NCBI GenBank assembly: GCA_041694275.1
Contig: JASMTQ010000042.1
Coordinates: 1,812 to 65,811, forward strand
Length of the DNA: 64,000 nucleotides
From: Bacillales bacterium
Lineage (GTDB): Bacteria > Bacillota_I > Bacilli_A > Izemoplasmatales > Izemoplasmataceae
Reading direction: 5' to 3'
Shown: positions 1 through 11,815 of the stretch, piece by piece
Position numbering within the stretch: the first letter of the stretch is position 1
Layout: each line of letters begins with the position of its first letter
The notes under the pieces: model-generated
What the model saw: the letters and a program-made list of their open reading frames with translations, nothing else
Told to the model about the DNA's origin: nothing
Database searches by the model: none
Translations under genes and position numbers: made by a program

Positions 1-1113
1 TTTTTGGATGTCGCACAAGAAGAGCATGATGTGTTTGCAAAAACATTGAAAGACGAAGGGGTAGAAGTGCTCTATCTGACTGATTTGGTGAGTGAAGCGC
101 TTGATAGTGTCAGCGAAGAAGCAAGAGATGCCTTTATTCGTCAGTTCATCAAGGAAAGCAGAATTCCAAACAAAAGTGCAACAGACGCCATCTATTCATA
201 TCTCAAAAAGATGGAAACCAAACCCATGATTGAAAAAATGGTTGCTGGAATCAAAAAAACGGAAATCCCAGAACATTTCAGTGGAACCATTATGGAAATG
301 CTTGAAAACGAATACCCTTTCTACACTGACCCGATGCCAAACATACTTTTTCAAAGAGATCCGTTTTCCAGCATAGGAAGTGGTGTGGCAATCAACCATA
401 TGTTCACGGCAACAAGACAAAGAGAAACACTTTTTTCTGATTTCATGCTTAAGAATCATCCGCGTTTCAAAGACAGTTCCATTCCAAAATATTATTTACG
501 AAATGCAGATCACGCCATTGAAGGCGGGGATGTACTGGTGCTTGATTCAAAAACCCTGGCTGTAGGCATAAGTATGCGTACAAACCCCTATGCCATTGAG
601 AATCTAGCCAGAGAACTCTTCAAACAGCACGAAACCTTTGAAACGATTTTGGCATTCAATATTCCCAATACAAGAGCATTCATGCATCTGGATACGGTCT
701 TCACCCAGGTTGATAAAGGGATTTTCACTGTGCATAGCGGCGTACTTAGCACTATGACAATTTTTGAAATCACTAAAAAGGAAGACGATCTCAACATTGA
801 AAAAACCATCACAACCCTTGATAAGATTTTGGAAAAACACCTGGGGATCCCCATAGAGCTCATTTCCTGTGGTGGCAAGGACGTTGTTGACAGCGAACGC
901 GAACAATGGAATGATGGTGCAAACACATTGGCTTTAGAACCTGGTAAAGTTATCGCCTATTCAAGAAACCATGTCACCAACCGTCTATTAAGAGAAAAAG
1001 GCATAACGGTGCTGGAAATTCCATCAAGTGAACTTTCCCGTGGCCGCGGAGGACCACGATGCATGAGCATGCCAATAATAAGAGCACAGAAAGGGGAACA
1101 CAATGAATCTTGA
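1..1113 (+). CDS. arcA: arginine deiminase, 5' end cut by window edge
   Basis: The frame is open from nt 1. The sequence [20 protein letters not shown] and the C-terminal catalytic-Cys motif GGPRCMSMP are typical of ADI. About 40 N-terminal residues appear to be missing. The TGA stop overlaps the next gene. Confidence 0.9.
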   Translation, partial: FLDVAQEEHDVFAKTLKDEGVEVLYLTDLVSEALDSVSEEARDAFIRQFIKESRIPNKSATDAIYSYLKKMETKPMIEKMVAGIKKTEIPEHFSGTIMEMLENEYPFYTDPMPNILFQRDPFSSIGSGVAINHMFTATRQRETLFSDFMLKNHPRFKDSSIPKYYLRNADHAIEGGDVLVLDSKTLAVGISMRTNPYAIENLARELFKQHETFETILAFNIPNTRAFMHLDTVFTQVDKGIFTVHSGVLSTMTIFEITKKEDDLNIEKTITTLDKILEKHLGIPIELISCGGKDVVDSEREQWNDGANTLALEPGKVIAYSRNHVTNRLLREKGITVLEIPSSELSRGRGGPRCMSMPIIRAQKGEHNES

Positions 1114-2119
1114 ATCAAGAAATTTTTTGACTCTGCTCGATTATTCGAGTGAAGAAATCACGTATCTTCTCAATCTTGCAAAAAAACTAAAAGATGAGAA
1201 AAAATCCGGAGTTGACCATCAACATCTCAAAGGAAAAAATGTTGTCCTGCTTTTTCAAAAGGACTCCACAAGAACGCGGTGTGCTTTTGAAGCCGGCGCT
1301 TACGATCTTGGCATGGGGGTTACTTATCTTGGGCCTTCCGGCTCGCAAATGGGGAAAAAGGAATCCATCAAGGATACAGCCAGGGTACTTGGCAGAATGT
1401 TTGACGGCATCCAGTTCAGGGGGTATCTTCACGAGGATGTGGAAGCCCTTGGCGAATTTTCGGGGGTTCCGGTTTGGAATGGTCTGACAGATTTATACCA
1501 TCCCACCCAGATTCTTGCGGACTTTCTCACAATCAAGGAACATTTCGGTCGACTTGAAGGCATCAATTTCAGCTTTGTAGGTGACGCTCGCAACAACATG
1601 GGCAACAGTCTCATGATTGGAGCCGCAAAGATGGGGATGCATTTCAAAGCCGTTGCGCCTAAGGAGCTGTGGCCTGATGATGCACTTGTTGAGAAGTGCA
1701 AGGTATTTGCAGAAAAAACAGGCGGCAGTATCACACTTGTTGAAGACAAAATGGAAGGGACCAGGAATGCAGACGTAGTCTACACTGACGTTTGGGTCTC
1801 CATGGGAGAATCCAAGGAAACCTGGAGAAAAAGAATTGAACAGCTTCATGCGTACCAGGTGAATGACGCTATAATGAAAAACGCTTCATCAAAAGCGATT
1901 TTCATGCATTGCCTTCCTGCATTTCACGGAACGGATACAGAAGTTGGTATGGAGATTGCAACAACGTTTAAAAACGATTATCCAGTCATTCAAAACGGAG
2001 AGCTTGAAGTTACAGATTCCGTTATAGAATCATCGCAAAGTGTCGTTTTTGATGAAGCTGAGAATCGCATGCATACCATCAAGGCCGTCATGCTTGCCAC
2101 AATGAAAAATATGGATTAA
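1103..2119 (+). CDS. arcB: ornithine carbamoyltransferase (catabolic context next to arcA)
   Basis: 338 aa with the STRTR carbamoyl-phosphate motif ([11 protein letters not shown]) plus HPTQ and HCLP motifs. The start overlaps the end of arcA. Confidence 0.93.
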   Translation: MNLESRNFLTLLDYSSEEITYLLNLAKKLKDEKKSGVDHQHLKGKNVVLLFQKDSTRTRCAFEAGAYDLGMGVTYLGPSGSQMGKKESIKDTARVLGRMFDGIQFRGYLHEDVEALGEFSGVPVWNGLTDLYHPTQILADFLTIKEHFGRLEGINFSFVGDARNNMGNSLMIGAAKMGMHFKAVAPKELWPDDALVEKCKVFAEKTGGSITLVEDKMEGTRNADVVYTDVWVSMGESKETWRKRIEQLHAYQVNDAIMKNASSKAIFMHCLPAFHGTDTEVGMEIATTFKNDYPVIQNGELEVTDSVIESSQSVVFDEAENRMHTIKAVMLATMKNMD

Positions 2120-2123
2120 AACC

Positions 2124-2148
2124 GCGCCTCTTCGGAGGCGCTATTTAT
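2124..2148 (+). terminator. intrinsic terminator after arcB
   Basis: Hairpin GCGCCTC-ttcg-GAGGCGC followed by a T-rich tract, 5 nt after the stop. Confidence 0.7.
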
Positions 2149-2208
2149 TGTAAGATTCCTTTAAAAGATTTATAATAAATTAAGATAACCCATGAAAGGA
2201 GGGCGCTT

Positions 2209-3084
2209 ATGACGCTTGTGCTCATGTTTTTCACATATGCTTTTTTAGGCTGGCTTCTTGAAGTCGGGTTTTATTTATACAAGCATCGTAAATTTGTGAA
2301 CAGAGGGTTTGTAAACGGGCCGCTTGTACCGATTTATGGATTGAGTGCCCTTTCTCTTCATGTCATTGTATTCCGCCTTTTTGATTTAAGTACTGCATCA
2401 GTGAATGGATTGATTTTGATCGTTATTTTTGCGCTTATAAGTATTGTCACTTCTTTTTTGGAGTTGATTGGAGGCGCTTTATTGTTCCGGGTTTTCAAAG
2501 CCCGTTGGTGGGATTACTCAAACGAAAAATTCAACTACAAAGGTTTTGTTTGTTTGAAATATTCTCTGATGTGGGGTGTGATGGGAACGCTTCTTTTTTC
2601 ATTTGTGCATGTGCCCTACATTTACCCCAATCTAAATGCCCTCGCCCTTACTTATAAACGAATAGCCACTTATTTTCTGGGGTCTTATTTTATCGTAGAT
2701 ACGACACTTACCCTGTTCATGCTTTTTGACTTCAGGTCTAGAATAACCCTGTTAAAAAGCCGCTTGGAGGGGTTGCTTCTCAACACTGAAACGTACATGG
2801 AATCTGCGAAGTCAACTCAAATAAGATATTCTAAAAAGGCACTTAAATCAGCGCTATACGCACTTAAGAACAATCGCCCAATGGCGGAGATAAGAGATCG
2901 ACTCGATGTTTTGAAAAGCTACATTGCCAATGACTCGGATGAACGCGCAAAACAAGAGTTTGGAAAAATCAAGTCGCTTCTTTTGAAACTATCTAAAAGC
3001 CACCTTATAAAGGGTTTTCCAAATTTGAAAATCAATTTGAAAGATAACCAGAATGAAAAGAAGAAGGCATCAGGCGATGAATGA
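2209..3084 (+). CDS. multi-pass membrane protein, PF06541-like ('putative ABC-transporter type IV') with charged C-terminal tail
   Basis: The N-terminus FFTYAFLGWLLEVGFYLYKHRKFVNRGFVNGPLVPIYG matches my recollection of that family's signature. Several hydrophobic helices follow, then about 110 aa of K/E/L-rich helical tail. Confidence 0.6.
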   Translation: MTLVLMFFTYAFLGWLLEVGFYLYKHRKFVNRGFVNGPLVPIYGLSALSLHVIVFRLFDLSTASVNGLILIVIFALISIVTSFLELIGGALLFRVFKARWWDYSNEKFNYKGFVCLKYSLMWGVMGTLLFSFVHVPYIYPNLNALALTYKRIATYFLGSYFIVDTTLTLFMLFDFRSRITLLKSRLEGLLLNTETYMESAKSTQIRYSKKALKSALYALKNNRPMAEIRDRLDVLKSYIANDSDERAKQEFGKIKSLLLKLSKSHLIKGFPNLKINLKDNQNEKKKASGDE

Positions 3085-3598
3085 TTTTGAGAAGTTTTTT
3101 AACTATGGGAAAGACATCATTCTCCATGAAACCTTTCAAAGTCAGAAGGCCTATGTTCAACATGGGGCTATCAGTGTTTATGATCACGCCATCAGCGTAG
3201 CTTACAAGGCTTTTACCATATGCGAGAAAAGAAAATGTGATACGCGCACGGTGGTGAGAGCTGCCTTGTTGCATGATTTCTTTCTTTATGACTGGCATCT
3301 TGAAGGCAAAAAGAAGAAAAAGCGCGGTTTAAATAAACACGGATTCACCCATGCGAGAAAAGCCCTTGAAAACGCAGAAGCTCTTTTTGAACTGACACCA
3401 AGAGAAAAGGACGCCATATTGAAACACATGTTCCCGCTTAATCCAAGACCGCCCAAATACAAAGAAAGCTGGATTGTGCATCTGTCGGACGATCTCGTGA
3501 GTATCAAAGAAACATTCACAAAAAAAATTAAACCCGGTCGAACAATCCACGAATATATCGAATCCAGAGTTAAAGAACTCAAAGGTATGAATGAATAG
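3053..3598 (+). CDS. HD-domain phosphohydrolase
   Basis: It has the LLHDFFLYDWH (HD) motif and an upstream His (VYDHAISV). It overlaps the previous gene. An alternative start is the ATG at 3077. Confidence 0.7.
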   Translation: MKRRRHQAMNDFEKFFNYGKDIILHETFQSQKAYVQHGAISVYDHAISVAYKAFTICEKRKCDTRTVVRAALLHDFFLYDWHLEGKKKKKRGLNKHGFTHARKALENAEALFELTPREKDAILKHMFPLNPRPPKYKESWIVHLSDDLVSIKETFTKKIKPGRTIHEYIESRVKELKGMNE

Positions 3599-3684
3599 AC
3601 GTTAATATTTCCCCCTCGCGTGGGCGCATATATATTTTATAGAAAGCATTATTCCAGAAACCCCGATTTTAAGCCGTCCCGAGT

Positions 3685-3715
3685 ATTCCCCTTGGTCGCT
3701 TTGACTGAGGGGAAT
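3685..3715 (+). terminator. possible weak terminator hairpin after HD gene
   Basis: ATTCCCCT-N15-AGGGGAAT 8-bp stem followed by an A/T-rich tract. The large loop makes this weak. Confidence 0.3.
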
Positions 3716-3747
3716 TTAAACTATTTTAAATTATTTATACAAATACC

Positions 3748-3776
3748 TTGAAATAACAATAAGCGTTTGTTATCAT
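3748..3776 (+). promoter_or_regulatory. sigma-A type promoter of the S10 operon
   Basis: TTGAAA, 17 nt spacer, TATCAT. Confidence 0.55.
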
Positions 3777-3918
3777 ACTAAAGACTTTTAAGAAGTCGGC
3801 TGTGAAGTGGGAGGTTGTTGACACGCCTATAGGCGTTGTCTTGATGCCTGTGACGCGTAGTCAAGGAATTTCCATGGAGCAAGTCTATACATTGATGTAG
3901 GCGAAAGGAGGAACAAGA
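3777..3918 (+). promoter_or_regulatory. structured 5' leader of the S10 operon
   Basis: The leader is about 140 nt long and contains the bulged hairpin GACACGCC-tata-GGCGTTGTC. Its function is inferred only from position. Confidence 0.3.
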
Positions 3919-4224
3919 ATGGCAAACCAAAACATTCGTATTCGGTTGAAATCTTACGATCACAGATTGTTGGATCAATCAGCCAAGAAAATTGTTGATA
4001 CGGTGAAGAAGACTGGTTCAAAGATTTCCGGTCCGATTCCGTTGCCAACTGAAAAAGAGGTGTTTACAATTCTGCGCAGTGTTCACGTAAACAAGAAATC
4101 CCGTGAACAATTCGAGCGTCGTACACACAAACGCCTTATCGATATTGTGGATCCGAATCCGCAAACCATCGACAGTCTCATGCACTTGGATTTACCATCC
4201 GGTGTAGATATCATTTTGAAATAA
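3919..4224 (+). CDS. rpsJ: 30S ribosomal protein S10
   Basis: N-terminus [23 protein letters not shown], first gene of the canonical S10 operon order. Confidence 0.98.
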   Translation: MANQNIRIRLKSYDHRLLDQSAKKIVDTVKKTGSKISGPIPLPTEKEVFTILRSVHVNKKSREQFERRTHKRLIDIVDPNPQTIDSLMHLDLPSGVDIILK

Positions 4225-4250
4225 CTTAAAAATTATCAGGAGGTGTACTC

Positions 4251-4943
4251 ATGGCCAAAGGTATCTTAGGAACAAAAGAAGGTATGACACAAATTTTCGA
4301 CGAAGCAGGCAATCTTGTCCCAGTAACAGTCGTTAGTTGTGAACCGAACGTTGTTCTCCAAAAGAAAACCGTCGAAAACGACGGGTATCAAGCGCTTCAA
4401 CTTGGTTTCAAGGACAAGCGCCAAAAAAGCTCCAACAAGTCCGAACAAGGACATGCCGCTAAATCGAACAGTAACCCTAAGCGCTACGTTAGAGAAATCG
4501 CCGGAAAAACCATGGCGAATTTCGAAGTAGGTCAGGAGATCAAAGTAAATATATTTGAAACTGGCGAAATCGTTGACGTTACAGGAACTTCAAAAGGTAA
4601 AGGGTTCCAAGGTTCGATCAAACGACACAATCAAGGACGCGGTCCGATGTCCCACGGCTCTCACTATCACAGAAGCCCTGGTTCAATGGGAACCATCGCG
4701 CCAAACCATGTACTGAAAGGTAAAAAACTTCCAGGACACATGGGACATGAAACAGTCACGATTCAAAACCTTAAAATCGTGAAAGTCGATCCGGAACGCA
4801 ATCTTCTCCTTATTAAAGGAAACGTCCCTGGACCGAAAAAAGGATTGGTAGTCGTACGTCGTGGTGTCAAAGCCGAAGCGATCGATCCCCTTGATCCCGC
4901 ACAATTCGAAAATCAAAGCAGCTCAGAAGAGTCTGCGGAATAG
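4251..4943 (+). CDS. rplC: 50S ribosomal protein L3
   Basis: N-terminus [18 protein letters not shown], operon position, GGAGG RBS. It has an acidic C-terminal extension. Confidence 0.98.
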   Translation: MAKGILGTKEGMTQIFDEAGNLVPVTVVSCEPNVVLQKKTVENDGYQALQLGFKDKRQKSSNKSEQGHAAKSNSNPKRYVREIAGKTMANFEVGQEIKVNIFETGEIVDVTGTSKGKGFQGSIKRHNQGRGPMSHGSHYHRSPGSMGTIAPNHVLKGKKLPGHMGHETVTIQNLKIVKVDPERNLLLIKGNVPGPKKGLVVVRRGVKAEAIDPLDPAQFENQSSSEESAE

Positions 4944-4964
4944 TACCCGAAAGGAGGACTTGGA

Positions 4965-5588
4965 ATGCCAAAAGTCACAGTGTTGAATCAAACTGGTAAC
5001 AATGTCGAAGAACTCGACATGGAAAATACAGTTTTTGGAATCGAACCCAACGAAGAAGCATTATACAGCGTAGTCAAAGCCCAACGTGCAGCAATGCGTC
5101 AGGGCACACACAAAAGCAAGACCCGCAGTGAAGTACGCGGGGGCGGACGCAAACCATGGCGTCAAAAAGGAACGGGCCGTGCCCGTCAAGGGTCTATCCG
5201 TTCACCTCAATGGGTTGGCGGAGGCGTAGTATTTGGTCCATCACCAAGAGACTACACCCTTAGAGTTAACCGCAAAGTCAGAAGACTTGCGCTTAAATCT
5301 GCCCTTTCACTTAAAGTCCGCGATGAAAAATTCCTGGTTTTGGATGCAATCAAACTTGAATCAGTCAAAACCAAAAACATGGTAGAGGTTCTCAATAACC
5401 TATCTGTTGAAGGAAAAACACTCATCGTACTTAGCGAACCCGTCGCTGACATCGAACGTGCAGCGAGAAACATCCCGGGAGTAACTGTGAAGACTGTTTC
5501 AAACACAAGCGTATACGATATTCTTGTCGCTGATACAATTCTCACAACTCAGGATGCTGTCAAATCTTATGAGGAGGTGCTTGCATAA
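4965..5588 (+). CDS. rplD: 50S ribosomal protein L4
   Basis: Contains the RGGGRKPWRQKGTGRARQGS motif; operon position fits. Confidence 0.98.
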   Translation: MPKVTVLNQTGNNVEELDMENTVFGIEPNEEALYSVVKAQRAAMRQGTHKSKTRSEVRGGGRKPWRQKGTGRARQGSIRSPQWVGGGVVFGPSPRDYTLRVNRKVRRLALKSALSLKVRDEKFLVLDAIKLESVKTKNMVEVLNNLSVEGKTLIVLSEPVADIERAARNIPGVTVKTVSNTSVYDILVADTILTTQDAVKSYEEVLA

Positions 5589-5872
5589 TGTTGGCTTCAG
5601 AAATCATTAAGCGCCCAATCATCACAGAAAAAAGCATGCAGCTCGTAGAAGACCAGAACAAATATACGTTCTCAGTCGATCCACGTGCAAATAAAATCCA
5701 AATCAAAAATGCTGTAGAGAAACTGTTTGACGTTAAGGTTTTGAACGTTAACGTTCTAAACGGTCCACGCAAAAAACGTCGCGTTGGTCAGCACGAAGGC
5801 TATAAAGCCAAAGTGAGCAAGGCCATCGTCGAACTTGCTAAAGACAACAGTATTGAAATTTTCTCAGCGTAA
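5588..5872 (+). CDS. rplW: 50S ribosomal protein L23
   Basis: TAATG overlap with rplD. IKRPIITEKS motif. Confidence 0.97.
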   Translation: MLASEIIKRPIITEKSMQLVEDQNKYTFSVDPRANKIQIKNAVEKLFDVKVLNVNVLNGPRKKRRVGQHEGYKAKVSKAIVELAKDNSIEIFSA

Positions 5873-5900
5873 CTAATCAGCGAAAAAGGAGGTTAGCGAA

Positions 5901-6731
5901 ATGGCTCTAAAGAAATTGAAAGCAACAACAAACGGTACAAGACACATGACACGTCTCGACAATGCGGAAATCACCACGCATTCACCTGAGCGTTCACTCC
6001 TGGTCAAGCTTCCAAAGCAATCAGGCCGCAACAACACAGGCAGAATGACTGTCCGTCACCAAGGCGGAGGTGCAAAACGCAAATACCGTCTTATCGACTT
6101 CAAACGCGATAAAGATGGCATCGAAGGACGCGTAAAAACCATTGAATACGATCCAAACCGCAGTGCGAACATCGCGCTTATCCATTATATGGACGGTGAA
6201 AAACGTTACATTCTAGCACCAAAAAAACTTTCTGTCGGAGATAAAATTCTCTCGGGAAGCGAAGCCGACATTAAAGTCGGAAACGCGAAACTGCTAAAAG
6301 AAATTCCAGTAGGTACCATCATTCACAATATCGAATTAAGCCCTAAAAAAGGTGCTCAACTGGTTCGCTCAGCAGGTACTCGCGCTCAAATTCTCGGACG
6401 CGAAGACAAGTACGTGCTTGTCAAACTCGCTTCTGGTGAAGTTCGCAAGATTCTAGGTACTTGCCGCGCAACCATCGGACAAGTCGGAAACGAAGACTAC
6501 GAACTCGTCAACTATGGTAAAGCGGGAAGAAACCGTCATCGCGGTATCCGCCCAACCGTCCGTGGTTCAGTCATGAACCCAACCGATCACCCTCACGGTG
6601 GTGGGGAAGGCCGTCAGCCTATCGGACTCAAAAGCCCTGTATCACCTTGGGGTAAACCGACGCTTGGTCTTAAAACCCGTCGTAAGAAAAAATCCAGCAG
6701 TCGTCTAATCGTTAGACGCAAGAAAAAATAG
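5901..6731 (+). CDS. rplB: 50S ribosomal protein L2
   Basis: Contains GGGHKRKYR-like [15 protein letters not shown] and the HPHGGGEG motif. Confidence 0.98.
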   Translation: MALKKLKATTNGTRHMTRLDNAEITTHSPERSLLVKLPKQSGRNNTGRMTVRHQGGGAKRKYRLIDFKRDKDGIEGRVKTIEYDPNRSANIALIHYMDGEKRYILAPKKLSVGDKILSGSEADIKVGNAKLLKEIPVGTIIHNIELSPKKGAQLVRSAGTRAQILGREDKYVLVKLASGEVRKILGTCRATIGQVGNEDYELVNYGKAGRNRHRGIRPTVRGSVMNPTDHPHGGGEGRQPIGLKSPVSPWGKPTLGLKTRRKKKSSSRLIVRRKKK

Positions 6732-6746
6732 AAAGGAGGAACTCAT

Positions 6747-7025
6747 ATGGCACGTTCAATCAAAAAAGGCCCGTTTTGCGACGAGCACTTAATGAACAAA
6801 GTTGAAAAACTGAACCAAGACAACAAAAAGAAAGTGATTCAAACGTGGTCCCGACGTTCGACCATCTTCCCACAATTCGTTGGACACACCATCGCCGTTT
6901 ACAACGGTAGAGAACACATTCCTGTATATGTCACTGAAGACATGGTCGGTCATAAACTTGGAGAGTTCGCTCCTACAAGGACTTTCCGCGGACACGAAAA
7001 AGACAAGAAAGCAATCAGGAAGTAG
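6747..7025 (+). CDS. rpsS: 30S ribosomal protein S19
   Basis: N-terminus [10 protein letters not shown] and the [22 protein letters not shown] motif. Confidence 0.98.
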   Translation: MARSIKKGPFCDEHLMNKVEKLNQDNKKKVIQTWSRRSTIFPQFVGHTIAVYNGREHIPVYVTEDMVGHKLGEFAPTRTFRGHEKDKKAIRK

Positions 7026-7036
7026 AGGTGGATATC

Positions 7037-7372
7037 ATGGAAGCCAAAGCACAAGTTAAAACAGTACGCATTGCTTCACGCAAAGTACAGCTGGTTATTG
7101 ATTTAGTCAGAGGTAAAGATGTTGGTGAAGCATTAGCGATCTTGCAACATACACCAAAAGCTGCTGCACCGGTGGTTGAAAAACTTTTGAAAAGTGCGGT
7201 AGCCAATGCTGAACACAACTACAACATGGATACAGAAAATCTGTATATCAAAGAAATCTACGTTGGAGAAGGACCTACACTTAAACGTATTCGTCCTCGC
7301 GCCCAAGGTAGTGCAACACAAATCTTGAAAAGAACCAGCCACACGACCATCGTCGTGGCTGAAAAAGAGTAA
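7037..7372 (+). CDS. rplV: 50S ribosomal protein L22
   Basis: [17 protein letters not shown] chose the ATG at 7037, which lies 5 nt after GAGGTGG, rather than the GTG at 7028 used by the track. Confidence 0.96.
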   Translation: MEAKAQVKTVRIASRKVQLVIDLVRGKDVGEALAILQHTPKAAAPVVEKLLKSAVANAEHNYNMDTENLYIKEIYVGEGPTLKRIRPRAQGSATQILKRTSHTTIVVAEKE

Positions 7373-7385
7373 AGGAGGGAATCTT

Positions 7386-8036
7386 ATGGGTCAGAAAGTC
7401 AATCCAGTAGGATTACGAGTTGGCATCATCAAAGACTGGGATTCTCGTTGGTACGCGGATAAGAACGATGTCGCCGATCTTCTCCATGAAGACATCAGGA
7501 TTCGCGAAATGTTAGAGGAACTCTATGAAAACTCTGCGGTTTCCAAAGTGGAAATCGAACGTTTGAAAAATAGAATAGTCATTACGGTAAACACCGCCAA
7601 GCCAGGTATGGTTATCGGTCGTGAAGGTTCTGTTAAGAAAGCTGTAGTTGCAAAACTCAAAGAACTAACAGACAAGCAAATCATTCTCAACGTGGTTGAA
7701 GTGAAAAAACCCGAATTGAATGCGAAACTTGTTGCAGACAGTATTGCAAGTCAGCTTGAAAACCGTGCGTCATTCAGACGTGTACAGAAAATGGCAATCC
7801 AACGTGCAATGCGCAGTGGAGCAAAAGGTGTCAAGACACTTGTATCAGGTCGTCTTGGCGGAGCGGAAATCGCCCGCGAAGAAGGGTACAGTGAAGGGAA
7901 CGTTCCACTTCACACACTTCGTGCGGACATCGATTACGCTGCAGTAGAAGCCCACACTACTTATGGTAAATTGGGTGTTAAGGTATGGATTTACAAAGGT
8001 GAAATCCTGCCTAGTAAAAAAAGGAGGGCTAACTAA
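7386..8036 (+). CDS. rpsC: 30S ribosomal protein S3
   Basis: N-terminus [24 protein letters not shown]. Confidence 0.98.
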   Translation: MGQKVNPVGLRVGIIKDWDSRWYADKNDVADLLHEDIRIREMLEELYENSAVSKVEIERLKNRIVITVNTAKPGMVIGREGSVKKAVVAKLKELTDKQIILNVVEVKKPELNAKLVADSIASQLENRASFRRVQKMAIQRAMRSGAKGVKTLVSGRLGGAEIAREEGYSEGNVPLHTLRADIDYAAVEAHTTYGKLGVKVWIYKGEILPSKKRRAN

Positions 8037-8038
8037 TT

Positions 8039-8467
8039 ATGTTAATACCAAAAAGAACAAAATACAGACGCCCTCATCGTGTATCTTATGAAGGAAAAGC
8101 TAAAGGTGGAACCAAAGTCAGCTTCGGCGACTATGGTCTTCAATCACTAGAAGGCGCTTGGATCACAAGCCGCCAGATAGAAGCGGCACGTATCGCCGTC
8201 AACCGTTTCATGAAACGTCAAGGGAAAGTATGGATCAGAATCTTCCCTCACTTGGCCAAAACCGCAAAACCGCTTGAAGTTCGTATGGGATCCGGTAAAG
8301 GGTCTCCTGAAGGGTTCGTCGCTGTTGTCAAACAGGGAACCGTCATGTTCGAAGTCGCAGGGGTAAGCGAAGAAGTGGCCAACGAAGCGCTTCGTCTTGC
8401 ATCGCACAAACTGCCTGTCAAGACCAAAGTGATCAAGAAAGAAAGTGGTGATTTTAGTGAAAACTAA
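8039..8467 (+). CDS. rplP: 50S ribosomal protein L16
   Basis: N-terminus [14 protein letters not shown]. Confidence 0.98.
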   Translation: MLIPKRTKYRRPHRVSYEGKAKGGTKVSFGDYGLQSLEGAWITSRQIEAARIAVNRFMKRQGKVWIRIFPHLAKTAKPLEVRMGSGKGSPEGFVAVVKQGTVMFEVAGVSEEVANEALRLASHKLPVKTKVIKKESGDFSEN

Positions 8468-8648
8468 CGAAATCCGCAAATGGGATAATGCTAAAATCAA
8501 CGAAGAAATCGGTACACTCAAACGCGAACTGTTCGACCTTCGGTTCAAACAAGCGACCGGTCAGCTTGAAAATACCGCTCGCATCAGTAACGTCAAAAAG
8601 GCTATTGCGCGCATGAAAACTGTACTTAATGAGCGTAATGCCAAATGA
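8457..8648 (+). CDS. rpmC: 50S ribosomal protein L29
   Basis: From the GTG at 8457 the product VKTNEIRKW...[16 protein letters not shown] aligns with the Bacillus L29 N-terminus. The track ORF starts at 8445. Confidence 0.93.
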   Translation: MKTNEIRKWDNAKINEEIGTLKRELFDLRFKQATGQLENTARISNVKKAIARMKTVLNERNAK

Positions 8649-8665
8649 AACGGGAGGAGAATTTG

Positions 8666-8926
8666 ATGGAACGCAATAATCGAAAAGTATTCACCGGAAC
8701 CGTGGTTTCTGACAAACCGGACAAAACCATTTCGGTATCCGTTGAAAGCTATATCAAACATCCGAAATACGGAAAACGCGTAAAGCATTCCAAGAAATTC
8801 ATCACACACGATGAGAATAATGAAGCAAAAGTCGGAGACGTTGTCAAGATTATGGAAACCCGTCCACTATCGAAGAACAAACGCTTCCGTCTGCTCGAAA
8901 TCGTAGAGAGTAAAGTTCTTGTTTAA
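8666..8926 (+). CDS. rpsQ: 30S ribosomal protein S17
   Basis: [21 protein letters not shown]. The ATG at 8666 follows a GGGAGGAG RBS. Confidence 0.97.
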   Translation: MERNNRKVFTGTVVSDKPDKTISVSVESYIKHPKYGKRVKHSKKFITHDENNEAKVGDVVKIMETRPLSKNKRFRLLEIVESKVLV

Positions 8927-8952
8927 AAGAGCTTAAAAGGAGGTTCTTTAGG

Positions 8953-9321
8953 ATGATTCAACAGCAATCGAGACTCAAAATCGCTGACAACTCCGGCGCA
9001 CGCGAGATCATGACTATCAAAGTTCTTGGTGGAACCGGAAGAAAATATGCAACCATCGGTGATGTAATCACCGCATCCGTAAAACATGCCACACCAGGCG
9101 GAACGGTCAAAAAAGGCGACATCGTCAAAGCCGTCATCGTCCGTACTGTCAACAAGGTCCGCCGTAACGACGGATCCTACATCCGTTTTGATGATAATGC
9201 CGCAGTGATTGTCAAAGATGACAAATCACCAACCGGTACACGCATTTTCGGACCAGTGGCACGCGAGCTTCGCGAGGGTGGATTCATGAAAATCCTTTCG
9301 CTGGCTCCGGAAGTACTATAA
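8953..9321 (+). CDS. rplN: 50S ribosomal protein L14
   Basis: N-terminus [20 protein letters not shown]. Confidence 0.98.
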   Translation: MIQQQSRLKIADNSGAREIMTIKVLGGTGRKYATIGDVITASVKHATPGGTVKKGDIVKAVIVRTVNKVRRNDGSYIRFDDNAAVIVKDDKSPTGTRIFGPVARELREGGFMKILSLAPEVL

Positions 9322-9339
9322 AGAGTAGGAGGAATCTGC

Positions 9340-9666
9340 ATGAGATTAATCAAAGGAGACAAAGTCCGCGTTATCACCGGTGAAGACCGTGGTAAGGAAG
9401 GCACTGTCTTGAAAACATATCCAAAAACAGACAAAGTGTTGGTCGAAGGCGTCAACATTGTTAAAAAACACGCTAAACCTACTCAAGCAAACCCCGAAGG
9501 GGGCATTCTTGAATACGAAGCACCTGTTCACGCATCGAATGTCATGATCGTTGAAAACAAAGATGTGACTCGGGTTGGCTACAAGACCATCACAGAATCG
9601 AAAAAGAACGAAGAAACAACCAGAAAAGTCCGTGTTTCCAAGAAAACCGGCGAGGTTCTGGACTAA
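9340..9666 (+). CDS. rplX: 50S ribosomal protein L24
   Basis: KOW motif ([19 protein letters not shown]); operon position fits. Confidence 0.97.
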   Translation: MRLIKGDKVRVITGEDRGKEGTVLKTYPKTDKVLVEGVNIVKKHAKPTQANPEGGILEYEAPVHASNVMIVENKDVTRVGYKTITESKKNEETTRKVRVSKKTGEVLD

Positions 9667-9687
9667 CATGAAAGGAGGCATCAGTGG

Positions 9688-10427
<740 letters not shown>

Positions 10428-10464
10428 AATATATATTCCTAGTAATTGGGAGGAGGCAATTCAC

Positions 10465-10860
10465 ATGGTAATGACAGACCCTATCGCTGATATGCTAACC
10501 CGTATCAGAAACGCGAATCAAATGAAAAACCCAACCGTCGATATTCCTGCATCCAAGCTGAAAAAAGAAGTGCTTGAGCTGCTTAGGGACGAAGGCTATA
10601 TAAAGAAATTTGACGTTGTAAGAAGCAAACCTTACGACAAACTCCGCGTCGCACTGAAATACGTGCAAACCGAACGCGTAATCAAAGGGCTCAAACGCAT
10701 TTCCAAACCTGGTTTGAAAGTATATGCTAAGAGCGACGAAATTCCCAAAGTGTTAAACGGACTCGGGATTGCGATCATCTCAACATCGCACGGCATCATC
10801 ACAGACCGTGAAGCACGCAAACAAAACGTTGGCGGAGAAATTCTAGCCTACGTATGGTAA
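10465..10860 (+). CDS. rpsH: 30S ribosomal protein S8
   Basis: N-terminus [18 protein letters not shown]. Confidence 0.98.
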   Translation: MVMTDPIADMLTRIRNANQMKNPTVDIPASKLKKEVLELLRDEGYIKKFDVVRSKPYDKLRVALKYVQTERVIKGLKRISKPGLKVYAKSDEIPKVLNGLGIAIISTSHGIITDREARKQNVGGEILAYVW

Positions 10861-10882
10861 CCAAACAAAGGAGGTACACACT

Positions 10883-11419
10883 ATGAGCCGTATCGGGCAT
10901 AAACCCATCGATTTACCTCAGGGTGTGACTGCGACGCTTGAAAACGGGCGCATCGAAGTCAAAGGACCCAAAGGAACCCTTTCATTCAACAGCCATGCAT
11001 CCATGGACGTTACATTGGACGATGGGACAATTACCGTAGCTAGACCGAGTGACTCAAAAACTCATCGTATGCTACACGGAACCACCCGCGCCTTGATTCT
11101 CAACATGGTCAAAGGCGTAAGCGAAGGCTACACCAAGCAACTGCAAATGGTCGGCGTCGGATATCGTGCGCAAATGAAAGGCAAACAGATTGTCATCAAT
11201 GCCGGATATTCAAACCCGGTTGAACTCGATATTCCTGAAGGACTCACTGTTGAAGTTGTAAAAAATACACAAATCAGTGTTACAGGCATAGACAAGCAGC
11301 TAGTTGGCGCTTTTGCCGCTAGAATACGTGCCGTCCGCACACCGGAACCTTACCTAGGTAAAGGGATTCGCTATGCAGATGAACAAGTACGTCGAAAAGA
11401 AGGAAAAACTGCTAAATAG
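10883..11419 (+). CDS. rplF: 50S ribosomal protein L6
   Basis: N-terminus [15 protein letters not shown]. Confidence 0.98.
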   Translation: MSRIGHKPIDLPQGVTATLENGRIEVKGPKGTLSFNSHASMDVTLDDGTITVARPSDSKTHRMLHGTTRALILNMVKGVSEGYTKQLQMVGVGYRAQMKGKQIVINAGYSNPVELDIPEGLTVEVVKNTQISVTGIDKQLVGAFAARIRAVRTPEPYLGKGIRYADEQVRRKEGKTAK

Positions 11420-11437
11420 TAGTTAGGAGTGACGAAT

Positions 11438-11800
11438 ATGATTAACAAAAAATCAAGAAATTCAATGCGCAAAAAGCGTCATCTACGTGCGCGGAAAACC
11501 CTTATGGGCACTCCGCTTCGTCCACGTTTCAACGTGTATCGTTCAAACAAGAACATCTATGCACAGTTGATCGACGACGTTAACGGTGTCACGCTTGCAA
11601 GCGCATCAACCCTTGAAAAAGAAACTGAACAAGACAACAAAAGCAATAAAGAAGGCGCTAAGTTCGTAGGGGAGAACCTCGCGAAACGTGCCCTTGACAA
11701 AGACATCAAAAACGTAGTGTTCGACCGTAGCGGCTACCGCTATCACGGACGCATCAAAGCCCTCGCACAAGCAGCACGCGATGCAGGCTTGGAATTCTAA
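11438..11800 (+). CDS. rplR: 50S ribosomal protein L18
   Basis: [19 protein letters not shown]...NIYAQLIDD. The ATG at 11438 follows an AGGAG RBS. The track ORF starts at the GTG at 11429. Confidence 0.96.
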   Translation: MINKKSRNSMRKKRHLRARKTLMGTPLRPRFNVYRSNKNIYAQLIDDVNGVTLASASTLEKETEQDNKSNKEGAKFVGENLAKRALDKDIKNVVFDRSGYRYHGRIKALAQAARDAGLEF

Positions 11801-11815
11801 GAAGGAGGTAAGCCA

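Noticed and set aside
3599-3747. Long spacer before the S10 operon, examined for a tRNA, small RNA or small ORF
   Set aside because: There is no tRNA-like T-arm or acceptor pattern and no ORF with an RBS. I found only one loose hairpin, which I listed as a weak terminator.
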